DNA of 64,000 nt from Balanoglossus misakiensis (Eukaryota > Animalia > Hemichordata): contig CM082588.2 of NCBI GenBank assembly GCA_040954595.2, positions 10,090,844 to 10,154,843 of the forward strand, written 5' to 3'. A program made the position numbers and the translations under genes. Shown in pieces: positions 25,354 through 37,606 of this stretch; the first letter of the stretch is position 1; every line of letters starts with the position of its first letter. The notes below the pieces were generated by a model that saw nothing but the letters and a program-made list of their open reading frames with translations, was not told the DNA's origin and searched no databases.

Positions 25354-26630
25354 CCCATATACGCGACTTCCATTAATAAATTTGAAGAATAAGAGATCCT
25401 CTCCGTAAATAGGCCTTATTGGGGGTCAAAACTACCGAAAGAAGACCCTGCCCCAACTCCCCTTTAAACCAACTAATTCACACCGGGTTAGTTTTGTTTC
25501 TTTCATATTTGAATGAGAATTAAAATGCCGCAGGAAATTCTGCTGCCGTCCTTAGGATACGAGATCGGGAACTTTCAAAAGTTCCGCAGAATATACCCCA
25601 AGAGGGCGCTGTTGCTGACCTTCGACCCGTTTCCTTTGACCAGTTCTGTGTCTTCGTTGTAAACACATGTGTGACACGCAGGCTAGAGAATCTGCCAGTT
25701 TTTTCTGTCGTCAACTCCAATGTCGCCTTTTCTATGGACGTTAGTTGGCCAGTGTTTGTTACACATCCAGGACGGTGTCATATTTCTCTGAAAGAATAGC
25801 GGAAAACATGCAAAGCCAAGGAGCGAGCAAGTACCAGCTGTTTTCTGCAAGTCATGGGTTCAGGCCCCCCACACTGTCCACCATCATTATTCCTATATAC
25901 AGATTTGGCGGAGTGAGTATTGAAACATTACAGTATTTAGTGTGTTTTAAGATATCACTGATAGTTTTCACGACTTAATGTGTGGGTAGAATCACATTCA
26001 TCGCGATAACGTTACTGTAGTCCCCTGATTCAGTCCGTAAACAAGGTAAGCTTGAGACATGGACGATCGACAATCAGTTTCCGCTGTTGATTTCGCCCTA
26101 TCGCAACTTAGTAACTGGGGCCGAGTGATGCTCCATTATTTAAAGTTCATGACTATTGACACCAATTGCAAAATATCAATGTTAAGGCGTGCTTTCAGAG
26201 AATATTCAACCAGAAAACCGACAACAATTGATGACCTCATGTGACCTTTACTGGTTGAATCAGGCGACCACTGCAGTGTGATTCCAACGTTTGTGGGAAG
26301 ACCACAGGGAGCTCTTCCTCCTGCTTTGCAGTGTGTGTGTGTGTTTGTTTAATATAAAAATGTGTGACAAAAATATGTATGTTTACAAATATTGTCAAGA
26401 TTGTTTGTTTGTTGAGAGGTTAAGGGGAGTAACCCTTTCTGTTCAATATACCCACAAAGGTGAACAAATTTGTAAACAAACATATTTTTCACAGAGTAGT
26501 TTTATTATATCCGCATTGCATCCAGCATGATCGCAGAAAACATCACCAATAAACCAAAATTGGAGTTGATGGCTTGGCTTTATTTGGGACTATCATTGTT
26601 TGGTTATAGTCCATGGGCCAGAGACCGACA

Positions 26631-28234
26631 TGTAGTCATGCAGAATTAATTTTATGTGTTCTAAATAATTATTTTAGCTTATCTTTGTTGGAAATAATTT
26701 TGCCAACATCTCGAATTATTTTTACGTGTAGACTCGAATTAATTTCAGGTGTAGTGTCGAATTAATATCACGTGTTTTGTCGAATTAATTTCACGTGTTG
26801 TGTCGAATTAATTTTACATTGTGTCAAATTAATATTGCCCCCACAATCCTTTGCGCTTAAATCAAGATGGCGGCGGCTGAGCATGTCTTTCTCGCCGCAT
26901 AAAGTTCGAAAAAGGGGCCGTTGTACAAGTTGTGAGACGTTTTGGGGGGAATTCAATGTTTTTAATTATTTTTTGTAGTCATGCAGAATTAATTTTATGT
27001 GTTCTAAATAATTATTTTAGCTTATCTTTGTTAGAAATAATTTTGCCAACATATCGAATTCTTTTTACGTGTAGACTTGAATTAATTACAGGTGTAGTGT
27101 CGAATTAATATCATCTTTTACAAGATAGATAGGTGATGTGTTTTGCTCTGTGAAAGAAAATGGAGGGGGAGGGTGTTTAAAATTTTGGCAGTTCGGAAGG
27201 GGGATTTGTAAATATTTCGGGTTGTGTCGGGGGGAGGGGGGGGGCATGTGAAAATTAGCGGTAAAATTTTTTAATTCTCTCGCCCACCCCCCCCCCCCCC
27301 ACCCTCCAATGGTGTTTGTGAATGCAGCCTACAGAGGAGGTGGAGACTTCGGGGTCTGCCCCTTTACTATCTATGCCCCACACCCTATCTTATCAGTTGT
27401 AAATCTAGAATGCAAGCTATCATTAAATATGGTTATGTAGAGAGAGACTTTGTCTTTTTAATTTAAATTTATTTAAACAAAACTTGAGTTTACAAGGAAA
27501 TTTTAAGGAATATTTTATTCGCCGTTTCCTGGGATCTGGGCCCTACAGCTATTTCTTAGTTCTGAAAATAACAAATTAACACAATTTTTGTATGTTCAGA
27601 TGTCAAAATTTATTCAATCAAGGCGAATTGGCAACGCGGGGCAACAGCTTGCTCTGTGTACAGGTCTGTGTGTTCCCGCCATGACACGGCCTCCACGCCA
27701 AGAACACTGTACGCAGAGCTGGGCTATACCATAGCAAGGCTGGCGATTACACCAACTGGTAGTGGTTTTGAGTGGTTTGACTAGAAAATTCTGTCTGTAG
27801 ACCAAAACTCGTGGACCGATCGCCGTTTTCGAGCACACTGCATTTATATTGGACAGCAAATCGCCCCAAAACGTTTCACAACTTGTACAACGGCCCCTTT
27901 TTTAACTTTATGCGGCGAGAAAGACATGCTCAGCCGCCGCCATCTTGATTTACGCGCAAAGGATTGTAAGGGCAATATTATTTGACAACGTGAAATTAAT
28001 TCGACACAACACGTGAAATTAATTCGAGTCTACACATAAAAATAATTCGAGATGTTGGCAGAATTATTTCTAACAAAGATAAGCTAAAATAATTATTTAG
28101 AACACATAAAATTAATTCTGCATGACTACAAAAAAATAATTAAAGCACATAAAAAATAATTCTATATACTGGTAAAATTAATTCTAACATGTTTTATTAA
28201 TAAACTACAATTTTGACCAGAACGGGCCCTCATA
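26631..28234. mobile_element. Foldback non-autonomous DNA transposon with ~300-bp inverted arms made of short AATTAATT repeats; left end truncated
   Basis: 26631-26947 is the reverse complement of ~27862-28130. 26631-26770 is repeated at ~26974-27112. Right end ...GGGCCCTCATA. Confidence 0.75.
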
Positions 28235-29345
28235 GATACCGGTAGTACATGTAACTTTGGGTGTTTTTCTCAATGTTTATAATGTGTTTTGATTGCCTGT
28301 TCTACTTGTTTCTGAACATAGTTAAAGCTTCATTAGCTGTAACTTTTCACTTTGTTTTCAGTATTTTTGTTTTAAGTATTTACTGCAGTGTCTTCTTCAG
28401 ATCCCTGAATCATGATGAAATATAGGTGTGTCTGTTCAGTATTGTTATTGTGAATTTGAATTCAAGTCTGGACTAGAATTCATTTCAATAGCCGTTACAC
28501 ACATACAGGTTATGCTGACAAGTGGAGTTCTGTGTAGAGCATGTGTAACAGTTAATGTCCCTTTAAATATCACATACATACATCTGTCTAGTTTTGTACA
28601 TGCAACTCACACGTATGTTATATTTATTGATTGACTGTCAAATATCATCCTGTTGTTTGATTAAATGTAAATGTTGTATGTTGTAGAATAGAAAGCACAA
28701 TTCTTCTAGTTCCATAGATATCAGTGCTCATTTTAAAGCTGAAAGTGACATTTTCAACACTAAATGCAAGGAAATGTAACTAAATATTTTAATTTTGCAG
28801 TCAAAATGCAACACAGTCAGCTCCGAACTGCATTTAAAATCCAAACACATGGTGTTATATTCTTGGTAATAAGCAAAGATCTGTATCCTATCCACAAAGT
28901 ATATATCATACACACAGTATTATCTTAATAACTATAATACAGCTATGAAATTGCTAGAAACATTGTAATATTTGGATGAATTTAAAGAAAAATAATTATA
29001 TTTATATTAACAGTATGTAAAAGTTACGAAGATTTAGCGTTGAATGATGTTGTGATGTCTGTAAGAGCTGTTCCAATACAAGGTGAACGAATTTCAAAAC
29101 CTTTTGTTCAATCAACCTTTCTACTGACCTGTGATTCCAAAAGTTATTGAAATATCATTACACATTTACCTGTATATAGTGCAGACTATAAATAGAGCAC
29201 ACTCTGGAAAGGAGTTATGTAATTAATATCTCTATCATGTGAGTGACATCATTTTAAGGGCCACTGACCACCCCACCTGTGACAATTTGCTAGGGGGTGC
29301 GAACATCTCAACAGGAGGTGAATCCCTCCATGCCATGTCTGGGTA

Positions 29346-29346
<1 letters not shown>

Positions 29347-29380
<34 letters not shown>

Positions 29381-29441
29381 CTTTCATTCATTCATTCAGT
29401 GAGTCAGTCAGTTAGTCAGTCAGTCAGTCCGTCAGTCAGTC
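29347..29441. repeat. Compound tetranucleotide microsatellite (TTGA)n(TTCA)n(GTCA)n
   Basis: Read directly. Confidence 0.9.
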
Positions 29442-29764
29442 ATATTAATTAATTCATTAAGGCATATAAACGATATAGCTAGCCTATTGTGATAGGAATG
29501 GGCTAACACCCTTGTCATATAAACTTTGGCGAAGCGATCCCAAGCTCAGCTAAGGTAGATGGGAGGGACCTGAATCACATGTGCCCATCATAATGAAAGC
29601 TGCCAACCCTCTTAGAATGATACTACGGCCTATACGTTGATCACCTGATCGCATCGCCCTGTCACACTTGGCTATGGGCTACTGTTCATGTATGATAAAG
29701 GGGTTATTACACTAAGTTTGGTCGATAACGTGACGCATCCTCGTGATGTCCATAATATGGACAT

Positions 29765-30044
29765 CCCTTACGAAAAAAGGGCCTGCTGCAAACTCCTCCC
29801 GCAAATCTGCAGCAGGATTCTGCGAACTCACTGCAAACTGCTGCTGCAAAGTGGCAAACAGTCCTGATTTTACCATGCAAATTAGGGGACTTGCAAATTT
29901 GTTGCAAACTTCCAGCAACAAGATTTTGAATACTGCAGTGAGTTCACAGGAATTTGAATACTGCAGTGAGTTCACAGCAATCAAGATTGCCACCTTGAAA
30001 ATTTGAACATTGCAGTGAGTTTGCAGCAAGACAATTAACTAGGG
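29765..30044. mobile_element. Small MITE (CCCT...AGGG) nested in the 2.4-kb element
   Basis: Inverted TGCTGCAAACTC / GAGTTTGCAGCA subterminal motifs and internal CTGCAG repeats. Confidence 0.55.
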
Positions 30045-30169
30045 GTACCATTGAACCACCCACCCCCACCCCCCATAAAACCTCAGAGACAAGCAAACTA
30101 TAATTAACAGTTTTTATTTTTAAAATAATCTATTTTAATCACAGGGTTAAGAAATCTAAAAAATCAACA

Positions 30170-30410
30170 TGGTAAAACTACACACTACAAAAATTGGTTT
30201 TCAAAAAATAAAAAAGCTACACTACAAATATAAACACCACAACTTGCTCCTCTGCAAAAAATGTTTTTCCAATATAAAAAACTACACTACAAACAACTTG
30301 CTACTCTAATTTTTTTTCAATATAAAAAAAACTACACTACAAACTTGCTACTCTACAATTTTTTTCCAATATAAAAAACTACACTACAAACTTCCTACTC
30401 TACTACACTC
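30170..30410. repeat. Minisatellite AAAAACTACACTACAAACTTGCTACTCT
   Basis: About five degenerate tandem copies. Confidence 0.75.
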
Positions 30411-31143
30411 TGTTTTTATTTAAGACAGCCCGTTTGCATGTGGCGCATTTCGCGTTGAATGCATGGATCAGCTCTTTTGTTGACATCTTCAGTTTGTTGA
30501 CACCAAATACTGAAAAAGAGAAGAATAAACACATATCAGTTACACCATGCAGTAATAAGGAGAAGATTGCCAAGCATAATTGTTACATATGCAGTTGCCC
30601 AATACGAGTAATTTCCACCAACCGGAAGTCACACAATTCAACTAAAATTCAGGAAAAAAACTTAATATCATTCAGGTACAAAAACTGTTGACCTAACTGA
30701 TAAATTTCATCGAGTGTATTTGTAGTAGATGGTCAGAACAAATAAAATGAAATGTATAAGGATGAGATGCACCTTTATAATGATATTTATTTTGAATCCA
30801 GTGAATATGGGATAGCCAATCAAAGAATTTCACTCCAGGGACATGCAAAAAATGTCATTATCATAGAATACAATCATTTCGACATTTTAAAGAAACCTTT
30901 TACTTACAAGTCAGTGCCGTTACAACATGCTGGTAGGGTGTTCCAATAAATGCGCTGGTATTCTTCCCGCTCAGTTGTTCGGGTTTTAAACAACCCATCC
31001 ATCAGCTTTTTTATGACGTAAGATGGCGGCTTGTTCTTGCATCTACCTAAAGTTATGCTCAACCAGGCAGATGGAATCGCTACGTTGGAGTTGGAAAGCC
31101 GTTCATATTGCAGTGGCAGAGGCTCGCCCTCGTCTAGAATCAC
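30403..31143 (-). pseudogene. BEN-domain-like protein, two 3' exons (31143-30908, 30509-30403), one frameshift
   Basis: Removing one A at ~30985 and splicing GT-AG gives SYVIKKLMDGLFKPEQLSGKN...HVVTALTLFGVNKLKMSTKELIHAFNAKCATCKR, matching the BEN pattern (L...LF..E.L / I...N.KC...R). Confidence 0.6.
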
Positions 31144-32145
31144 CTGATTGAAATTAAAAAGAGTACCAATAATTATTACATTGGTGTGAAAGTCATTTAG
31201 TACTCACAGAAATTCAATCCCCACTTACTTACAAAGAGAAGGCTAAATGATTGCATTCAGAATAAACATGACCTATGTCAACAAATTCATTGAGAAAAAA
31301 AAATGTTTCCCTGTTAAAAGCAACAAATTTACATAATTAAACTGTGTATTAAAATGCAAGCATGGGATAACATGAGGTACTAAAGAGAAGGGGTGTATTA
31401 TGCATGTATATACTGACGTGGACTGGGGGGATGCAGAAGTGTGAGCGATGGCGTGCTTACATGAAGAACTGACACTTACATAGTTTGCCCTGGGAATGAT
31501 TTACCCTCGTTTGGGCGTGTAATGACTATCCTCAGAGAAGCCTTTTGATGCACAGGTGTGTACACAGCACTGGCGTGTTTTCTCAGCTTCTGCAAAATAA
31601 TAGTAACAAATTGAGTCGCACAAATGCACCCACTATTTCTTGCTATTTCATATTTCATTCAAATGTCTGCAACAACATATACTGTGCACATAACAGCCCC
31701 CCCCCCCCCCCCCCCCCCCATGCACTGTTCCAATTACAAGACCTACCCCAATTCTTACTGGCACCATGGACTTATACCACTTATACAATGATGCAACAGG
31801 CTTATCTTTTTATAGACACCTGACATTAGAAAGACCTTGTATGTATACCACTCTATTCTGACAAAAATGCAAGTTAATCAACATCACATATAAAATAATA
31901 TAATATGAATAGAATAAAACCGATTCACAAAATATCAAATAGCTACTTGTTAGGCATTTGATTTTAAGTTGGATGGTGTTTGTGTATTGCAGAGGGATGT
32001 TTGTGTGCAGTAATCACGCTGTACATACCATGCAAGTTTGGCATACTATCACTCAAATATGACGCGTTATCGACCAAACTTAGTGTAATAACCCTTAAGT
32101 AACACCCTCTTATTTTAAAGAAAACTCATTATTGAAGCCCATTAA

Positions 32146-32230
32146 CCCTTTCACAACCAAGGTTCAGTCTAAACCCATTGTTATCTATGAAAAGGTTCGA
32201 CCTGTATAGAAGGAACTGGGGGTGAAAGGG
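32146..32230. mobile_element. 85-bp piggyBac-like MITE; related fragments at ~53211-53290 and ~58400-58470
   Basis: TTAA|CCCTTTCAC...GTGAAAGGG|TTAA. Confidence 0.75.
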
Positions 32231-32641
32231 TTAAAGGGACAAAGTCTCAGTTTTGTCCTTTGACTCACTGGCTTTTATTAGAGGTTCCTACCTTTAAATG
32301 TTTCATAAAATGTTTAATCAAATCTGTCTACAATCAGAGTAGACATTGTTTACATACACCTTTTGTTAAATAATTGTACTGTGTTGTATTTCAGATTTTT
32401 GTCAGGAGCAGGTGAGAAATACGGTATGATTTCTGAAGGTCTGAGTACTGCATTGCAGTTATTTGACGATATGAAGACTTTGCGATTTTCAAGGTAATTA
32501 TGGTAAAATTGTGAGGTTAAAAACCATTCTCTAATTATGGGCCCCACTTTTTGAGGTGGTTTATCTGTTTATGTAAAGCTCACCATGTCAACCAGGAAAT
32601 GATTCGATACCGACAGTGGAGTACAACTGATGTGCGAAGTA

Positions 32642-33167
32642 CATTGAAACCTGCCAAGTAAGGGCACCTCTGGGATCACACAACATGTCCTTTAAGGGAT
32701 ACAGGCTCTCTCTCTCGCTCGCTGCCCCTTATTCCATTAATTATATTTGATACAAGACACCATTTATGTTTTTTCTACATGTGGATATATGGTGAATCAA
32801 TATTCAACCACACACAAAGTCCATCCTGCTTGTGGACATGAGAGTGAAAAAAATCGCCAAAATGAATAATCAGTCTCTACCATTTATTCGTTTTGGGTGA
32901 GTTTTTACTCCCATATCATACACGCGGGATGGAAGTTGTGTATGGTTGAATGTTCATTCACTACATATACACATGTACATTAACATAAACAGTGTCTTGT
33001 ATCAAACATTATTAATGGAAAAAAGGGCAGCGAGAGAGAGACTTTGTCCCTTTAAAAGAGAGGTGTCCTTAAAAGAAATGTGCATGTAATATTCTATTCA
33101 AGCCATTACTTTTGTCTTGAACAATCTGTCCTGATTAGAGAGATGTCTGTATTGACAGGTTTCACTG
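32642..33167. mobile_element. Tc1/mariner-type MITE carrying a nested TTAA-flanked TIR element (~32696-33051)
   Basis: Outer TA|CATTGAAACCTG...CAGGTTTCACTG|TA. Inner inverted arms CTCTCTCTCGCT..GCTGCCC / GGGCAGCGAGAGAGAG and GATACAAGACAC / GTGTCTTGTATC. Confidence 0.65.
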
Positions 33168-34195
33168 TATTATCAACATTTTCAGTTTCATAATCCTTCT
33201 GTGTTTGCCAGAGAATTTTGACAGCAGTCAAAAGCTTTCTCTGCCATACCCATAATAAAAGAAAGCTTGCACCTGTGTTTTACTGTTTTCAAAGGGGAAA
33301 TCCGGTCCAGCTGATTTTCTACATAATTTGGTAGCTTTGAGGTCACTCTTTCAGAAAAAAAAACATATTCGTCAAGTATAAGTCGTCAGGTATTTTACAA
33401 AATCGAGGGAAAGTTGGCAGAATTTATAATATGGCCTTAACTGTAATTTGAATCATGGGAAAAAAAGCGCCAGGACCAACTTCCATCCACCTTGGTGTGG
33501 GTGATACCATTTTCCAATGGGTGTAACTGCGTGACGGCTTGGGTATCTGTTGCTGAGCAAATATTTGAAATCATACAATCCAGATTCTAAAGTTCACAGG
33601 ACAAATATACAACATGTTTACATGGCCATTTACAACCAATTCATCCTATTGTGGTGATGTACAAAACCTTTTTTGTGGTTTGTTAAAGTTTTCATTACTC
33701 TAAATGGGTACTTCCATAAAATGGTAGTAATATATTTATTAATATTTATTACACATCACATATTATTATTCGCTCTGGCTTTTTTGTCAAATTTTCAAAT
33801 AAAAAAGGCAGTTATAACTTTGATGGGACCAAGAAAAGATTTTGCCATAGGATATCAAAAGGACACTTTCATTGTTTTTATGAACTGTTGTTTTTCTGTT
33901 CTATAAAAGATGCAAATTGTTCTACTCCATTTTTGGGTCAAAAAATATTTTCATCAGATTGGTTTGAGGGTTAGATGTTGTAGCTAATAGTGTAAAGGCC
34001 ATGATTGTTTTTGTTCACAAATATATTCAATTACAATGTATCATTATTATGCAGTTTTACCAATGTTGAGAGGCTTTCCTTGTCAACTGGCCTGTGTGTA
34101 TGCATCAAATCCTTCATGTAAAAGGTCAAAGCAGAAAGTATTTCTAACAATGATTAGACTAAAGCAGGAGACTTTTGAGGAGAGTTTGAGGAGAC

Positions 34196-34330
34196 ATCAT
34201 GGCCTTGTGGTGAGGGCACAGGGTTGTGGGTTCAAGAACCAGACCTGGACATGGCCGTGGGTTTTGAGGATGGTGACTTCATGACCGCGATATTGTGCCC
34301 TTGAGCGCAGCACTTTACCTCTCATTGTTT
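34196..34330 (+). mobile_element. tRNA-derived SINE remnant
   Basis: A-box-like TGGCCTTGTGG and B-box GGTTCAAGAACC, followed by CORE-like TGTGCCCTTGAGCGCAGCACTTTACCTCTC. Confidence 0.5.
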
Positions 34331-34649
34331 TGGAGGAACTGGCTTTGTATACTAGTGATCTGCACCTGTTCCAGTCATTCTATCCTAGGTAGACATATTT
34401 TCTTTGTTTGCAATAGATGAATTACTGTCAAACAGGAAATTATTGTGAACTTCGCGAGAACCAAAAAATGCAAATTAAAAGTCACGTAAAAATGTTTTTC
34501 AGGGATATTGGTGCAGTTAGTGAAATATAAGAAAGCAAAATTTAAGTGTAGCATAACAGTTGTCTCTATTGATATTGCAAACATTTCCTGTCACAGAAAT
34601 TTCCCGTTTTACAGTATATAAATAAATCAACTAAATATTTTTACTACAG

Positions 34650-34911
34650 GTGCCGCACCAACAAGTCATCTGTCACTTGGACAACCAAGTCAAATTGGAA
34701 GTCAGTCTCCACAACAACTGTCATCCTCTCAACAGTAATTGACTCAACCAAGTCAGCCCCAGATGCAGGGCCAAGGTCAAAGGTCATCAATGCCTTTTGG
34801 TCAGCCTACCAGTTTACCCAACCAACCAGTATCCGCTGTCACAGCAAACAGGACACAACAACCAAATGTGACTGTTTCATTTATCCCATTGAGACAATTT
34901 TCATCACCCAG
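34650..34911 (+). pseudogene. Gln/Pro/Ser-rich exon with in-frame stop
   Basis: TACAG| acceptor and |GTAC donor; GAAPTSHLSLGQPSQ...SQQ*LTQPSQPQMQGQGQ with TAA at 34736-34738. Confidence 0.6.
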
Positions 34912-35337
34912 GTACAGTTGTGGTCTACCTTCTACTTTATTATATAATAAAATAGCCGTTTCTAGTTACCCATCCTGTGAATTGAAAGCTTTTTATGACT
35001 GTTTCACATAGCCTTGTCTAACCATTATCTTTACAGTTGACTATTGTTTCAAAACAAATTCAAAACTTCTGTTTTGGTTGCTAGAAACCCACTCTGTAAA
35101 TGCTAAGACTTTTTTGGATAATGCCACAGACTCAGTAATCAAATTCAATTTTTAATGTGATTAATGTTGATAAGCCCTAAAACTCAATACCATCCAAATG
35201 TGTGTTGAAAATAGGACTTTGAGAGTTGCAAGCTCAACATCGAATCAAAAATTGCAGTCATGAATTAAAAATGGGGTTTTGAATACTGGCCTTGATAATG
35301 CTCCATATTAACTAGGTTTGTTAATCTTTTTGGACAG

Positions 35338-35521
35338 GCAACTTCACCACCAACGATGACTTCCCAGCATGTGCCAGCTGCTGCACTGAAAGCCACAGAG
35401 GGTGTCATGCAAATGGCAAATGCTAGTCAGTTCAGTAAGATGCCACCAATTGCTGCTGTGAATTCTATCAACTCACAGCCACAGGAGAGATGGCCAGGTA
35501 CAGATTCACAGCCACAATGAG
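35338..35521 (+). pseudogene. Probable further low-complexity exon of the same gene
   Basis: GACAG| acceptor; ATSPPTMTSQHVPAAALKATEGVMQMANASQ...; frame continuity with the previous exon is unclear. Confidence 0.4.
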
Positions 35522-35528
35522 GTAGGTA

Positions 35529-35861
35529 CAGTCAAACCTGTCTATACTGGCCAGACAGGGGACTTTCCTAACTGGCCTTTATAGAAAGGTGGCCTCTACA
35601 GTCAGGTCATTTAATGTGCAATGTGTAATATATTGCTATATTATTGTGGGCTTATACCAGAGTGATTAGACGACACAGGACATGTGTGTACAAACTAGAC
35701 AGCCATGCTGTTTTTTTATTGCCAACTGCACATGCTCACTCGTTCAGCCTCGTACACTGCAAATTTATACATAACAGTAAATACCAATACCTAACACAAT
35801 GTATATGGACTGTAACAGAGTAGCCACTATATAGAGGTGGCACCTAACACGGGTTTGACTG
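35529..35861. mobile_element. Tc1/mariner-type MITE
   Basis: TA|CAGTCAAACC...GGTTTGACTG|TA. Confidence 0.75.
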
Positions 35862-36111
35862 TAACATCTGTTATGTTGCCATGGCAGTCATTTACTGTTA
35901 ATTTGATTATACAGAGGAAAAAATATTCCAGTTCCCTTTCTTATATCCTCATATCAGTGGCAGAGTACGCCAGTGTCACTGTAAAATTTTGTCGACATTT
36001 TTGCTAAGTTAGCTGTAGTAGCTGTTGGCTATTTTTTCTGTATTTTTAATCCAAGGAATTAAAGTGAATTCAATGCTTGTAAATAATTTCTAATTTCTTC
36101 TTACCCTCCAG

Positions 36112-36234
36112 ATATGAATGAATGTCACAGTGGTGGATATGCATGTCAACACTATTGTCAGAATACCCATGGTAGTTATCTCTGCACTTGCAGACCAGGA
36201 TTCTATCTGCTGGAGGATGGCCATGCATGTGCCG
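36112..36234 (+). CDS. Calcium-binding EGF exon, phase 1-1, intact
   Basis: (D)MNECHSGGYACQHYCQNTHGSYLCTCRPGFYLLEDGHACA; six Cys; AG/GT boundaries; 123 bp. Confidence 0.85.
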
Positions 36235-37489
36235 GTATGTAACTGTGGATATTGATATCTTCTGTGGCTACATTGTTTGGGGATTGTATATTGCTACGGT
36301 TACAATCAGCTAAACACACATCCTGTCTGTCCATTGCACACATTTTAAAATTTGAAATCAACCGCACACTCGTACTGAACACATGTTTGTTGAAATTGTA
36401 TCTCAGAATGTTTCCAATTATAATTATGCATAATATAAACAAATTAACAAATGTGAAAACTTATCTTTGAAAATTTGTTTGCAAGGGAGAAAAAGTAATC
36501 TGTATTTTAAAAATCAGACAAAGTTTTGCTGACAGGGTACACAAGTTTCAGGGGATTTTGTTAAAATGAGAATGATAGAGAGTGTTAAAATTCCTAGAAA
36601 GGGATCGCCATGGATATTGAGGACTTTGGTGTAAAAACAATTAATTGATCAAGAAATATGTGGTTAAGAATATGTGTCATCAACCTCACACGATACTATA
36701 AGACTGTCTGATATATTCATGTACAAGTATTTTCACTACTTATTTGCATAATTTAATGAAATTAGCATAAATTATCAACCTATAGCTAAATAAATTACCT
36801 CTGCAAAGAATAAATATACACTTAGAAAATTCATATAGTTTTCATCTCATTTTAAAGACATTACAAAATGCTTCTCTGAGGGTACAGTAATTTTTAACGG
36901 GTATATTCTTGATAACTCATCACCATGAATGAGCATTTCAAAACTTAACAAGGCCAGTGTACGAAATAAAGCCTGTCCGACAGTCCGAGACTGGTTGTTT
37001 TTCTGTAGGACTGGTAAAAATAAAATGTTACCAGTCCGACAGACAGGTTGAATTTAGCGTGGGAGTTGACTAGTGGTATCATGGCATCTTTTAGACTTTC
37101 CCAGGTTCATGTATTGCAATTAAAAGAAACAATGACTGCTTGATATTTCCTATGAATTTCGAACACTGACAAGGCATATGGCTAAATAGGATTCAGTGTT
37201 TGTGCACCTTCTATCCACAATGCTGGATCTATTGACAGTTTTCAAAGGGGTTTAAAGACTCGTCTTTTTATTCAGCACTATTTCATTCCATTGCTTTTTT
37301 GGTTTATAGGGATTGTCTTTCAGAACTGTTTCTGTTTGTTTGGGGTTTTTAAGTGTAATTTTTTATCCTTTAAGCTTTCACTTGTTTTCTAATTTTATTA
37401 TTTTCTGTAGAAGATGTATGTGTATTACATTTGTTAGGAAATAAATAATAATAAAATAAATAAATAATAATAACTATCTTTGATTTCAG

Positions 37490-37606
37490 ATGTCAATGAA
37501 TATATGGAGAGAGCAGATCTTTGTGAAGGCCAGTGTGTGAATACAGCAGGCTCTTTTTATTTCACTTGTGCTGTGGAATATTGATTGGTCAATGGAGAGT
37601 GTACAG
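37490..37606 (+). pseudogene. Degenerate calcium-binding EGF exon
   Basis: (D)VNEYMERADLCEGQCVNTAGSFYFTCAVEY*LVNGECT; two Cys lost and an in-frame TGA. Confidence 0.85.

Larger units (their letters stand above)
29699..32095. mobile_element. 2.4-kb non-autonomous TIR DNA transposon (Harbinger- or Kolobok-like ends)
   Basis: 30-bp perfect inverted repeat GGGTTATTACACTAAGTTTGGTCGATAACG at 29701-29730 and 32065-32094. TAA flanks at 29696-29698 and 32096-32098. Confidence 0.8.

Noticed and set aside
29624-29656. 5S rRNA-like head (CTACGGCCTATACGTTGATCACCTGATC)
   Set aside because: Only ~30 gapped bases resemble 5S, and no internal promoter boxes follow.
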